Assembly (NCBI GenBank): GCA_902607945.1
Contig: CACLMD010000001.1
Span: forward strand, 88,272-152,271
Length of the DNA stretch: 64,000 nt
Source of the DNA: an uncultured Pelagibacteraceae bacterium
Lineage (GTDB): Bacteria; Pseudomonadota; Alphaproteobacteria; Pelagibacterales; Pelagibacteraceae
Reading direction: 5' to 3'
The translations under genes were made by a program, and so were the position numbers. The notes beneath the pieces were generated by a model that was not told the DNA's origin, ran no database searches, and was given only the letters and a program-made list of their open reading frames with translations. Position 1 is the stretch's first letter; the number at the start of each line of letters is the position of its first letter. Shown piece after piece: positions 27,856 through 38,377 of this stretch.

Positions 27856-29677
27856 TTATTCAACGGTGACAGATTTAGCCAAATTTCTTGGTTTATCGAT
27901 GTCAAAACCTTTTTTAAGAGCTGAATAATAGGCAAGTTTTTGTAAAGGTATTGTTAAAAGAAATGGTAAAAGGTCTTGATTGGTACTTTCAACCTCGATT
28001 GTTTCCCAAATATTTTCTGAAACAACATCATCTTTACTTTTATTAGTTATTAATAAAACTTTTGCTCCTCTTGCTATAACTTCCTGCATGTTTGAAATAG
28101 TTTTCTTGTAATAATTATCTCTAGGAGCCAAAACTACTACTGGCATCCCCTCCTCAATCAAAGCCAAAGGTCCATGTTTCATTTCGCCAGCTGGATAACC
28201 CTCTGCATGCATATAAGATAATTCTTTTAGTTTGAGTGCACCCTCTAACGCTATTGGATAAGAAAAACCCCTACCTAAAAACATAGAACCTTTTGCTTCA
28301 TTAAATGTTCCAGAAATTGTTTGAATATCATTATCCAGTAACAATGTCTTTTCAACCAAAAAAAGGTAAGTTTTTTAGATCTTTAATTTTTTCATTATAA
28401 ATTTTATTTTCAATTTCCTTTTTGAGAGAACTTAATTTTAAAGCTAAGATGTAAAGAATAAGAATTTGACCTAAAAAAGCTTTAGTTGAGGCTACACCTA
28501 TTTCAGGGCCACAATGGATAGGTAAAATAAAGTTTGAGTCTCGTGCAATAGAACTTTCAATTACATTTACTATAGCACATGTTTTCATATTGTTTTTATT
28601 GCATAAATCCAAAGCTGCATAAGTATCTGCAGTTTCACCAGACTGAGAAACAAAAACGTATAAAGTATCTTTTTTAAATCTATTCTTTCGATATCTAAAC
28701 TCTGAAGCTATATCTGTGCTTACATCAAGAGTTGTTAATTCTTCAAACCAGTATTTAGCCATCAAACAAGAATGGTAGGCTGTTCCACATCCAATCAAAG
28801 TTATAGATTTAATTTCTTCAATTTTCCAAGGAAAATTATAAATATTGATATCGTTATTAACATTATTTAGATATTCTTTAATACCTGTTTTTAGAGTTAT
28901 GGGCTGTTCTTCAATTTCTTTAGCCATAAAATGTTTAAAATCACCTTTATCATATTTTTTTTGATCTAATGAAAGTTCGAGAACTTTTTTATTAATCTTT
29001 TTTCCTTCTTCATTAAAAAAATGAACTTCATCTTTTTTAATAATGCAAAATTCTCCATCGTCTAAATAGGTAATTTTATTTGTCATTGATTTTAAAGCAT
29101 ATGAGTCTGAGCCTAAATAATTTTCATTTGGACCATAACCGACAGCTAAAGGAGATCCTCGTCTAGCACCAACTATTAAATCAGGCATATCTTTAAAAAT
29201 TATACCAAGAGCAAAGCTACCATGTAACTGCTTTAAGGTATTTGTAATTGCTTCTTGGATTTTCGATACTTTTAAATTTTCAGTTATAAGATGAACAATA
29301 ACTTCTGTGTCAGTTTGCGATTTAAATATATGTCCTTTGCTAACTAAATATTTTTTTAATAAAGTTGAATTTTCTATTATTCCATTATGAACAACTGAAA
29401 CATTATGAGATGAGTGTGGGTGAGCATTAACATTATTAGGTTTACCATGTGTAGCCCACCTAACATGACCTATACCAGTATTTCCTGATAAATTTTTTAA
29501 ATCAAAATTTTTTTCAAGATTATCAACCCTGCCCTCTGACTTCACTTCATTGATTAAACCCTTTGACAATGTTGCTATACCAGCTGAGTCGTATCCTCTG
29601 TATTCTAATTTTTTAAGAGAATTTATTATATTTGCTGAAACAGACTTATTGCTTGATATTCCTATTATTCCACACAT
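27856..29677 (-). CDS. glmS: Glutamine-fructose-6-phosphate transaminase (appears frameshifted by +1 at the homopolymer 28358-28364)
   Basis: MCGII...EYRGYDSAG N-terminal ORF plus C-terminal ORF ending PRNLAKSVTVE. Deleting one base from the 7-nt run fuses them (...LPFLVEKT...). Confidence 0.92.
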
Positions 29678-29680
29678 TTA

Positions 29681-30304
29681 TTATTTCTTTTTTTTTTTAT
29701 AATTTATAACTTCTGTTTGTGCAGATCTCGTTAAAGCGAGAGATTTTTTTCTAACTCTTTTGGTTATTACTGAACCAGCACCAATAATACTATTTTGTTC
29801 AAGAGTTAAAGGAGCGACTAAAGAAGAATTAGATCCTACAAATACTTTGTCTTTAATTTTAGTTTTGTTTTTTTTTATTCCATCATAATTGCACGTAATT
29901 GTACCAGCTCCTATATTCACAGCTTTACCAATATTAGTATCTCCTATGTAACTAAGATGATTAACTTTAGATTTTTTACCAATTGTGCTTTTTTTTATTT
30001 CAACAAAATTTCCAATCCTTGATCCTTCTTTTAAAGTTACATTAGGTCTAATCCTTGCATAAGGGCCTATTTCAACTTTACTTTCTACTTTGCAAGATTC
30101 TAAATGAGAGAAAGACTTTATAATTACATTATTTCCAATTTTAACTTTTTTTCCAAAAACAACATAAGGTTCTATAGTTACATTTTTTCCAATTCTAGTA
30201 TCATTTGAAAAAAAAATTGTTTCAGGCCCTACCATCTTTACACCTATTTTCGAAAATTTATTTCTAAGTTTATTTTGATTATTTTTTGTATTTAATTCTT
30301 TCAT
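29681..30304 (-). CDS. glmU: GlmU acetyltransferase (left-handed beta-helix) domain only
   Basis: IGPYARIRP, GNFVEIKK, HLSYIGD and GAGTITCNYDG motifs; no N-terminal uridyltransferase domain. Confidence 0.85.
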   Translation of the reverse strand: MKELNTKNNQNKLRNKFSKIGVKMVGPETIFFSNDTRIGKNVTIEPYVVFGKKVKIGNNVIIKSFSHLESCKVESKVEIGPYARIRPNVTLKEGSRIGNFVEIKKSTIGKKSKVNHLSYIGDTNIGKAVNIGAGTITCNYDGIKKNKTKIKDKVFVGSNSSLVAPLTLEQNSIIGAGSVITKRVRKKSLALTRSAQTEVINYKKKKK

Positions 30305-30373
30305 TTCAAAATGCTTTATATTAAGAATATGTCTTAATTAATTCACATAATATTTCTTTAAAATACTTTTAAA

Positions 30374-31057
30374 ATGAAGCAAAAATTTACAATTTTATTC
30401 GATTTAGACGGCACGCTTGTTGATACAGCGCCTGATTTAATGAAAGCTCATAATCATGTAATGAAAAAGTTTGGTTATCCTACTAAATCGACAGAAGAAA
30501 TAAGGAATTTAGTTGGTCAAGGTGCTGGTGCTATGCTTGGAAGATCCATATGGGGTCAGGCAAAAAAAGAATTTGGAAAAGTACAAGATGAAAAAATTAA
30601 AAAAGAAATGGTTAAAGATTTTGTAGATTTTTATGGAAAGAATATTGTTAACGAAAGTACTCTAATCGCAGGTGTAAAAGAATTTTTAATCTGGTGTAAG
30701 AAAAGAAAAATATCAATGGCAGTTTGTACCAATAAACAAGAGCATCTTTCGATAGACCTTTTAAAAAAAATTGGAATTTATGATTTTTTTGAATATGTAG
30801 CTGGACACAACACGTTTGAATATTGCAAACCTGACCCAAGACACCTAACATCAGTTGTTGAAATATTGGATGGAGAAGTTTCAAAAACTTTGATGATTGG
30901 TGATAGTGAAACTGATGCAAATGCTGCTAAAAATGCTGGGATACCATTAATCTTATTAGAAGATGGCTATACTGAAAAAAATACTACCGAAATATATCAT
31001 AATCACCTGGTAAAAGACTTTGTAGGTATTGAAAACATTGTATTAAAATATCTTTAA
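30374..31057 (+). CDS. gph: HAD hydrolase, phosphoglycolate phosphatase-like
   Basis: FDLDGTLVDTAPD, TNK, KPDP and GDSETD motifs. Confidence 0.85.
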   Translation: MKQKFTILFDLDGTLVDTAPDLMKAHNHVMKKFGYPTKSTEEIRNLVGQGAGAMLGRSIWGQAKKEFGKVQDEKIKKEMVKDFVDFYGKNIVNESTLIAGVKEFLIWCKKRKISMAVCTNKQEHLSIDLLKKIGIYDFFEYVAGHNTFEYCKPDPRHLTSVVEILDGEVSKTLMIGDSETDANAAKNAGIPLILLEDGYTEKNTTEIYHNHLVKDFVGIENIVLKYL

Positions 31058-31111
31058 GATTGATTATTTTTTTTTAACTATTAAAAACAATTTCGATAAT
31101 TAGGAGTTATT

Positions 31112-32614
31112 TTGATAGTACATAAAGTAAAAGTTTTCCCATCCAAAATCCATTTACCTAAAAAAAAACAACTTGCATGGAAAATTGCAGAAATTGCTAG
31201 TGATAATGCTAAATTAGACAAAAGTGCAATTGAGATGGCAATCAACAGAATTATCGATAATGCCTCTGTGGCTATAGCTTCACTTAATAGAAATTCGGTT
31301 GTCTCCTCGAGGGAAATGGCTTTAAAACATTTTAGAAAAAATGGTGCTACATTATTTGGTGTTAGTAATAAGTTAAAATTTGATTGTGAATGGGCTGCCT
31401 GGTCTAATGGTACTGCTGTAAGAGAGCTTGATTTTCATGATACTTTTTTAGCAGCAGATTATAGTCACCCTGGAGATAATATTCCTCCATTAATTAGTGT
31501 AGCTCAACAAAATAAAAAAAATGGCTTAGATCTTTTAAAAGGAATTATTACTGCTTATGAGGTTCAAGTTAATTTAGTAAAAGGAATTTGTTTACATAAA
31601 CATAAAGTAGATCATATAGCTCACTTAGGTCCAAGTGTTGCAGCTGGTTTGGGCACCATGTTGAGATTAAATACTGAAACAATTTATCAAGCAGTACAAC
31701 AAGCTCTTCACACAACAATATCTACAAGACAATCTAGAAAAGGTGAAATTTCAAGTTGGAAAGCATATGCACCAGCCCATGCTGGGAAACTTGCGATAGA
31801 AGCGATTGATAGAGTAATGCGTGGTGAAGGTGCACCAAGTCCAATTTATGAAGGGGAAGATAGTGTAATCGCTAGGATTTTAGATGGAAAAAATGCACTC
31901 TATAAGGTTCCTCTACCTAAAAAAAATGAAATTAAAAAAGCAATACTGGAAACTTATACTAAAGAATATTCGGCTGAATATCAGTCACAAGCTTTGATTG
32001 ATCTAGCTAAAAAACTTAAAAAGAAGATTAAAAACCTTAACTTAATTAAAAAGATAGACATACATACAAGCCATCATACACATTTTGTTATAGGCACAGG
32101 AGCAAATGACCCTCAGAAAATGGATCCCAATGCTAGTAGAGAGACATTAGATCACTCTATTATGTATATTTTTGCTGTAGCTTTAGAAGATGGTAAATGG
32201 CATCACGTTAAATCATATACTAAAGCAAGAGCAAAAAAGAAAAGTACCATTAAAATTTGGAAATCAATAAAAACTCATGAAGATAAAAAATGGACTAAAA
32301 AATACCATGACCCCAACCCTAAAATGAAATCATTTGGTGCTAAAGTAATTATAACTCTAAAGAATGGAAAAAAAATATCTGAACAACAAGATAGAGCAGA
32401 TGCACATCCTTATGGATCAAGACCATTTAAAAGACAAAACTATATAAATAAATTTTTAAGTTTAACTGAAAATATTGTTGATAAAAAGGAAAGTGACAGA
32501 TTCTTGAAAACAGTACAAAATCTCAAAAAATTAAAATCAGGTCAATTAAATAGATTAAATATAGTGGTAAAAAAAAATAAATTAAAAAGAAATTTGAAAA
32601 AAGGAATTTTTTAA
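31112..32614 (+). CDS. prpD: 2-methylcitrate dehydratase (MmgE/PrpD)
   Basis: [20 protein letters not shown] and RKGEISSWK motifs; TTG start with AGGAG RBS. Confidence 0.92.
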   Translation: MIVHKVKVFPSKIHLPKKKQLAWKIAEIASDNAKLDKSAIEMAINRIIDNASVAIASLNRNSVVSSREMALKHFRKNGATLFGVSNKLKFDCEWAAWSNGTAVRELDFHDTFLAADYSHPGDNIPPLISVAQQNKKNGLDLLKGIITAYEVQVNLVKGICLHKHKVDHIAHLGPSVAAGLGTMLRLNTETIYQAVQQALHTTISTRQSRKGEISSWKAYAPAHAGKLAIEAIDRVMRGEGAPSPIYEGEDSVIARILDGKNALYKVPLPKKNEIKKAILETYTKEYSAEYQSQALIDLAKKLKKKIKNLNLIKKIDIHTSHHTHFVIGTGANDPQKMDPNASRETLDHSIMYIFAVALEDGKWHHVKSYTKARAKKKSTIKIWKSIKTHEDKKWTKKYHDPNPKMKSFGAKVIITLKNGKKISEQQDRADAHPYGSRPFKRQNYINKFLSLTENIVDKKESDRFLKTVQNLKKLKSGQLNRLNIVVKKNKLKRNLKKGIF

Positions 32615-33510
32615 TGCACTTTGTTGATAAAGAGCCCGGACAAAAAAGAATAGATTTTATTGAAAAACTTAAATCAAATAAAATCCTTAGAGTTCCAGGT
32701 GCTTATAATCCTCTTACTGCTAAATTAATTGAAGAAATAGGTTATGATGCAGTTTATGTTTCTGGTGGAGTAATGGCTAATGATCTGGGTTTCCCGGATA
32801 TTGGATTAACTACTTTGCAAGATGTTAGTACAAGATCATATTTGATCTCAAGGGTAACAAACCTTCCAACTATTGTTGATATTGATACGGGTTTTAAATC
32901 TTGCAAAGAAACAATTGAAACCTTTGAGGAATTTGGAATTACAGCTGTACACCTGGAGGATCAAATTGAAAGAAAGAGATGTGGGCATTTAGATAATAAA
33001 GAATTAATTACAACCGATGCGATGGTTAAAAAAATTAAAGAATGTGTATCATCAAAAAAAGATGAAAATTTTAAGATTATTGCAAGATCTGATGCAAAGA
33101 GTGTTGAGGGAATTGATAAAATGATTGAAAGATGTAAGGCTTACATTGATGCTGGAGCTGAAATAGTTTTCCCTGAGGCTTTAGAAAATGAAAAAGATTT
33201 TGAAAAAGTTAGAAAAGAACTTTCGTGCTATTTGCTTGCCAATATGACAGAATTTGGAAAATCTAAATTATTTAATTATAAAGAATTAGAGTCTTTTGGT
33301 TATAATATAGTGATTTATCCTGTTACTACACAACGATTAGCAATGAAAAATGTTGAAGATGGATTAAGAGACATTTATGTAAATGGACATCAAAACAATA
33401 TCATTGATAAAATGCAAACCAGAAAACGCTTATATGAACTTGTCGATTATGAGAAATATAATAGTTTAGATGAAAAAATTTATAATTTTAGTACTGAAGG
33501 TCACGAATAA
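32614..33510 (+). CDS. prpB: Methylisocitrate lyase
   Basis: DIDTGF, EDQ...KRCGHL and LANMTEFGK motifs. Confidence 0.93.
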   Translation: MHFVDKEPGQKRIDFIEKLKSNKILRVPGAYNPLTAKLIEEIGYDAVYVSGGVMANDLGFPDIGLTTLQDVSTRSYLISRVTNLPTIVDIDTGFKSCKETIETFEEFGITAVHLEDQIERKRCGHLDNKELITTDAMVKKIKECVSSKKDENFKIIARSDAKSVEGIDKMIERCKAYIDAGAEIVFPEALENEKDFEKVRKELSCYLLANMTEFGKSKLFNYKELESFGYNIVIYPVTTQRLAMKNVEDGLRDIYVNGHQNNIIDKMQTRKRLYELVDYEKYNSLDEKIYNFSTEGHE

Positions 33511-34634
33511 TGAGTGAAGATATCAAAAAAGGTTTAATGGGTGTAACTGTTGATGAAACAGCAATTTCTAAAGTAATGCCTGAAATAAACTCACTAACCT
33601 ATAGAGGATATGCTGCTCAAGATTTATGTGCAAAATGTAAATTTGAAGAAGTTGCTTATTTAATTCTTAATGGTGAGCTTCCTAATAAAAAACAATTAAA
33701 AGATTTTGAAAAACGAGAGAATAAAGAAAGAAAAATATCTAAAAGTTTAATTAATGCAATTAAAAGTATACCTAAAACAGCTCATCCTATGGATGTTGCA
33801 AGAACAGCTGTTAGTATTATGGGTCTTGAAGATAAAGATGCAAGCAACAATTCTCCACAAGCAAATATGAGAAAGGTAATGAGAATATTTGCTAAAACTC
33901 CAGTTGCTTTAGCTGCTTTTTATAGAGCAAGAAAAGGAAAAAAAATTATACCACCTGAAAAAAAACTTTCTTTTTCAGAAAACTTTTTTCATATGTGCTT
34001 TGGAAAAGTTCCAAATAAAGATATTGTTAAAGCTTTCGATGTTTCTTTAATTTTATATGCAGAACATAGTTTTAATGTTTCAACTTTTACAGCTAGAACT
34101 ATCACTAGTAGTTTATCTGATATTCATGGAGCAATAACTGGAGCTATTGCAAGTTTGAAAGGTCCGTTACATGGTGGTGCAAATGAGGAAGTAATGCATA
34201 TGATGAATAAGATAAAAAAACCAGAGAACGCTCTAAAATGGATTAATAATGCATTAGACAATAAAGATGTGGTAATGGGCTTTGGTCATAGAGTTTATAA
34301 AAGTGGAGACTCAAGAGTTCCCACAATGAGAGAATATTTTGGAAAAGTTGCTCAAATTAAAAAAGATAAAAAATTTGAAAAAATATACGACATTGTTGAA
34401 AAGGTAATGATTGAAAGAAAAAATATTCACCCAAATGTAGACTATCCAACTGGCCCAACTTACCATTTAATGGGTTTTGATACTGATTTTTTTACTCCAA
34501 TTTTTGTTATTTCTAGAATTACTGGTTGGTCAGCTCATATATTTGAACAGCATGCAGCAAATAAATTAATTAGACCATTAGCTAGCTATAACGGAAACCA
34601 GCACAGAAAAGTTACTCAACTTAATCAGAGATAA
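33510..34634 (+). CDS. prpC: 2-methylcitrate synthase
   Basis: LYAEHSFNVST, GPLHGGANE and GFGHRVY motifs; in prp operon. Confidence 0.9.
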   Translation: MSEDIKKGLMGVTVDETAISKVMPEINSLTYRGYAAQDLCAKCKFEEVAYLILNGELPNKKQLKDFEKRENKERKISKSLINAIKSIPKTAHPMDVARTAVSIMGLEDKDASNNSPQANMRKVMRIFAKTPVALAAFYRARKGKKIIPPEKKLSFSENFFHMCFGKVPNKDIVKAFDVSLILYAEHSFNVSTFTARTITSSLSDIHGAITGAIASLKGPLHGGANEEVMHMMNKIKKPENALKWINNALDNKDVVMGFGHRVYKSGDSRVPTMREYFGKVAQIKKDKKFEKIYDIVEKVMIERKNIHPNVDYPTGPTYHLMGFDTDFFTPIFVISRITGWSAHIFEQHAANKLIRPLASYNGNQHRKVTQLNQR

Positions 34635-34638
34635 CCTA

Positions 34639-35265
34639 TTATTTTTCTATCCTGGCAAATCTATAATTTCTTAAAATTTCACATTTATAATTGTTATTTT
34701 TTACGTATTCATCAATAGCTTTTTTAACCCCTGGGGCATATGATAAGTTATAATCATCACATAAAATAGTTCCATCATTTTCAATAACCTCATTGCAACA
34801 ATCTAGATCATTTTTAACAGTTTTGTACTCATGGCCACCGTCGAGAAATACATAGTCTATCTTGGTCATGTCTATTTTTTTTAATACATTGTTTGAATTA
34901 CCTTTAATTAAATTAACATTTTTTTTGAATTTTATTAATAAATCTTCGACTGCTTTAATAGAATATGGATTTTGTCTTTTTATATACTTAAAATAAATTT
35001 GTTTAAAAGGATTTGAAAAATTTGTACTTGGAATTATTTCAGATTTATTTTCATCACTTTCTTCAAATAAATCTAATCCTATATATTGAAAATCATCACC
35101 GTGTAAATCGAAGAGAAGTTCACAAATATTTCTGGCAGTGACTCCATGAAAAACACCTACCTCTAAAAAAAATTTAGGTTTACTTTTTTTTATTTCTTCT
35201 AAAAAAAATTCACCATCCCCTTTTTGTTTTAGACTTGTTTTTCTAAAATACTTTTTGTATTTCAA
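34639..35265 (-). CDS. Class I SAM-dependent methyltransferase (Methyltransf_24-like)
   Basis: LEVGVFHG, DYVFLDGGH and ILCDDY motifs. Confidence 0.8.
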   Translation of the reverse strand: MKYKKYFRKTSLKQKGDGEFFLEEIKKSKPKFFLEVGVFHGVTARNICELLFDLHGDDFQYIGLDLFEESDENKSEIIPSTNFSNPFKQIYFKYIKRQNPYSIKAVEDLLIKFKKNVNLIKGNSNNVLKKIDMTKIDYVFLDGGHEYKTVKNDLDCCNEVIENDGTILCDDYNLSYAPGVKKAIDEYVKNNNYKCEILRNYRFARIEK

Positions 35266-35270
35266 TTGAA

Positions 35271-36296
35271 TTAGCTAAATGCTTCTACCCAAGTACCTTG
35301 GGTTGATGCTTTAGAATACTCAGTCGCACGACCTTCAAAGAAGTTCATGTGTTCAACAGCATTCAACATAGTATCTAGCCATCCTAATGGATTTTTCTGA
35401 ATGTCATAGATGGGTTCTAGGCCTAACTGAACTAGTCTTCTATTTCCAATAAATCTAATGTAATCTTTAACCTCTTGTGCTGTTAAACCTTCCATTGGAC
35501 CCATTTCAAAAGCAAGATCAATAAATGCGTCTTCATGTTCAATAATAGTTCTACACGCTTCATAAAGTTCTTTTTTTAATTTTGCATTCCATATCTCAGG
35601 ATTTTCATTGATGAATTCTTTAAAAATTCTTATCATCGAATTGCAGTGAAGAGTTTCATCTCTTACAGACCAAGTAACTATTTGACCCATACCTTTCATC
35701 TTATTATGTCTTGGAAAATTTAAAAGAATTGCAAAACTTGCAAAGAGTTGAAGGCCTTCAGTAAACGCACTAAATACTGCAACTGTTTTAGCAATATCTT
35801 CTTTTGATGTCATATCAAAATTTTGCATATAATCATATTTATCTTTCATTTCTTTATATTTCATAAATGCAGAATATTCAGATTCAGGCATACCAATTGT
35901 ATCTAGTAAATGAGAATAGGCAGCAATGTGAACAGTTTCCATTGCAGCAAAGGCAGTCATCATCATTAAAACTTCTGTTGGTTTAAATACAGTCGTATAA
36001 TGTCTCAAATAACAATTGCTAACTTCGACATCTGCTTGAGTAAAAAATCTAAATATTTGAGTTAATAAATTTTTTTCAGATTGTGACAAATTTTTTTGCC
36101 AATCTCTAACATCGTCACCCAAAGGTACTTCTTCTGGTAGCCAATGAATTCTTTGTTGTGTTAACCATGCATCATAACACCATGGATATCTAAAAGGTTT
36201 ATAAACCGGATTTTCAACCAATAAACCCATTTTCTTAGGTTTAATTATTTCTTTATTTGGCATTTGAATTTTTTCATTTACTGGCATGATAGACAC
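35271..36296 (-). CDS. nrdB: Ribonucleotide reductase class I beta subunit
   Basis: W.PEEV, METVH..AY, EGLQLFASF, RDETLH and NFFE motifs. Confidence 0.95.
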   Translation of the reverse strand: MSIMPVNEKIQMPNKEIIKPKKMGLLVENPVYKPFRYPWCYDAWLTQQRIHWLPEEVPLGDDVRDWQKNLSQSEKNLLTQIFRFFTQADVEVSNCYLRHYTTVFKPTEVLMMMTAFAAMETVHIAAYSHLLDTIGMPESEYSAFMKYKEMKDKYDYMQNFDMTSKEDIAKTVAVFSAFTEGLQLFASFAILLNFPRHNKMKGMGQIVTWSVRDETLHCNSMIRIFKEFINENPEIWNAKLKKELYEACRTIIEHEDAFIDLAFEMGPMEGLTAQEVKDYIRFIGNRRLVQLGLEPIYDIQKNPLGWLDTMLNAVEHMNFFEGRATEYSKASTQGTWVEAFS

Positions 36297-38218
36297 TCCT
36301 CATATTCTGGTTCTTCGTTAGATTGTTTATTTTTAGACTTATATACATTGGCTGTAACATCGGTTGATTTTGAATCATTAATGTTTTCAGCTCTTTGAAT
36401 TGATTTTGATCGACAATAATAAAGGCTCTTTAAGCCTTTTTTCCATGCATCAAAATGAATTCTATGTAATTCTTTTTTATGAACATCAGCAGGTAAAAAT
36501 AGGTTTACTGATTGAGCTTGAGAGATAAATGGTGTTCGATCTCCACTTAATTCAATAATCCATTTTTGATTTAATTCAAAAGCTGTTTTGAAAACATCTT
36601 TTTCTAAATCTGTTAAAAAATCTAAATGTGACACAGAACCTTGATTTGTCGTTATTGTAGACCATGTCTCATCATCATTTTTACCATGCCCATCTAGGAT
36701 CTCTTCTAAGTATCTATTTCTAACATTAAAAGATCCTGATAGAGTTTTATGTGTATAACTGTTTGCAGCTATTGGCTCAACTCCTGGTGAGGCACCACCA
36801 CAAATAATTGAAATAGAAGCTGTTGGAGCAATCGCTGTTTTGTTAGAAAATCTCTCTTGATAACCATATTCTTCAGCATCAGGACAAGCTCCTCTTTCTT
36901 CAGCTAAATCTTTTGAAGCTTGATTGACTTGTTCGTCAATTTGTTTAAATATTTTTTTATTCCAAGATTTGGCCATTACCGATTCAAGTGGAATTCTATT
37001 TTTTTGTAAGAAAGAATGAAAGCCCATCACTCCTAAACCAACACTTCTTTCTCTTTCAGCAGAATATTTTGCATCTTTAAATTGATCTGGAGCTTTATTG
37101 ATAAAATCAGACAAAACGTTATCTAAAAATCTCATAACATCAGCAATCATATCTGGATCATCTTTCCACTCATCATACTTTTCTAAATTTAGAGAAGATA
37201 AACAACAAACAGCTGTTCTATCTCTCCCATCTTTGTCAATTCCTGTGGGTAAAGTTATTTCACTACAAAGATTAGAAGTTTTAACGGTAAGATTTGCCAA
37301 CTTGTGATGTTGAGGAATTAGCCTATTAACAGTATCAATATAAATTATATAAGGTTCGCCAGTTTCAATTCTAGCAGTTAATAATCTTATCCATAGGTTT
37401 CTTGCTGAAATAGTTTGTTGAACTGTTCCATCAGCAGGACTTTTTAGTGCCCACTGTTCATCATTTTCAACAGCACGCATAAATGCGTCTGAAACCAAAA
37501 CACCATGATGTAAATTTAATGCTTTTCTATTTGGATCTCCACCTGTTGGTCTTCTCATTTCAATAAACTCTTCTATCTCTGGATGATCAACTGGAAGATA
37601 ACATGCTGCAGAACCTCTTCTTAATGATCCTTGGCTGATTGCCATTGTTAAAGAATCCATCACTTTAATGAAAGGAATTATTCCAGAAGTTTTTCCAACT
37701 TTACCAATTTTTTCTCCTATAGATCTTAAGTTGCCCCAGTAGCTTCCAATACCACCACCTTTTGCAGCTAACCAAACATTTTCACTCCAAAGATCTAGAA
37801 TGCCACCAAGGCTATCTGATGCTTCATTTAAAAAACATGAAATTGGTAATCCTCTTTTAGTTCCACCATTTGATAAAACAGGTGTTGCAGGCATAAACCA
37901 TAAGTTACTTATATAATTATAGATTCTTTGTGCATGTAAGTTGTCATCTGAATATGAGCTTGCAACACGTGCAAATAAATCCTGAAAAGATTCATTGTGA
38001 CCTAGATACCTGTCTTTTAAAGTTGCCTTACCAAAGGCAGTTAAATTGGCATCACGAGATCTATCAATTTTAATAATAATACCCCTGTCATTTTGAAAAA
38101 GTTCAGTTTCAGTATTTAATGAAAAAAGATCAGGTCTATTTCCTTTTGGAGCTACTTTTACATGGGGGCTGTACTCAGAGACAGCTTTCTTCAGGGCCTG
38201 CGATAGAATTTTATTCAT
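36278..38218 (-). CDS. nrdA: Ribonucleotide reductase class I alpha subunit
   Basis: ATPVLSN, SCF, SNLCSEI, APTAS, KSLYY and C-terminal CxxC motifs. Confidence 0.95.
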   Translation of the reverse strand: MNKILSQALKKAVSEYSPHVKVAPKGNRPDLFSLNTETELFQNDRGIIIKIDRSRDANLTAFGKATLKDRYLGHNESFQDLFARVASSYSDDNLHAQRIYNYISNLWFMPATPVLSNGGTKRGLPISCFLNEASDSLGGILDLWSENVWLAAKGGGIGSYWGNLRSIGEKIGKVGKTSGIIPFIKVMDSLTMAISQGSLRRGSAACYLPVDHPEIEEFIEMRRPTGGDPNRKALNLHHGVLVSDAFMRAVENDEQWALKSPADGTVQQTISARNLWIRLLTARIETGEPYIIYIDTVNRLIPQHHKLANLTVKTSNLCSEITLPTGIDKDGRDRTAVCCLSSLNLEKYDEWKDDPDMIADVMRFLDNVLSDFINKAPDQFKDAKYSAERERSVGLGVMGFHSFLQKNRIPLESVMAKSWNKKIFKQIDEQVNQASKDLAEERGACPDAEEYGYQERFSNKTAIAPTASISIICGGASPGVEPIAANSYTHKTLSGSFNVRNRYLEEILDGHGKNDDETWSTITTNQGSVSHLDFLTDLEKDVFKTAFELNQKWIIELSGDRTPFISQAQSVNLFLPADVHKKELHRIHFDAWKKGLKSLYYCRSKSIQRAENINDSKSTDVTANVYKSKNKQSNEEPEYEECLSCQ

Positions 38219-38252
38219 AATTTAGTGTTTTATTTTGTTATTTTTACGAAAA

Positions 38253-38299
38253 CAACTACATGTTGTATGCGTTTTAGATTGATATACTATATAAACAAC
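38253..38299. promoter_or_regulatory. Putative tandem NrdR boxes upstream of nrdA
   Basis: 38253-38268 (minus strand ATACAACATGTAGTTG) matches the acaCwAtATaTwGtg consensus. A weaker site at 38284-38299 lies 31 bp away. Confidence 0.55.
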
Positions 38300-38377
38300 A
38301 AATCAATAGAACATTTATAGAACGTAATAAAAAAAATATCAATAAAATAATTAAAAAAAAGGTAAGTAATCAACAGT

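Noticed and set aside
27856-28359. Separate SIS-domain gene, and likewise a separate gene at 44006-44461
   Set aside because: These are the C-terminal halves of genes broken by single-base homopolymer insertions.
35271-38218. nrdAB as phage-derived or intein/intron-containing
   Set aside because: Both ORFs are continuous, of ordinary length, embedded in core genes and preceded by NrdR-like boxes.
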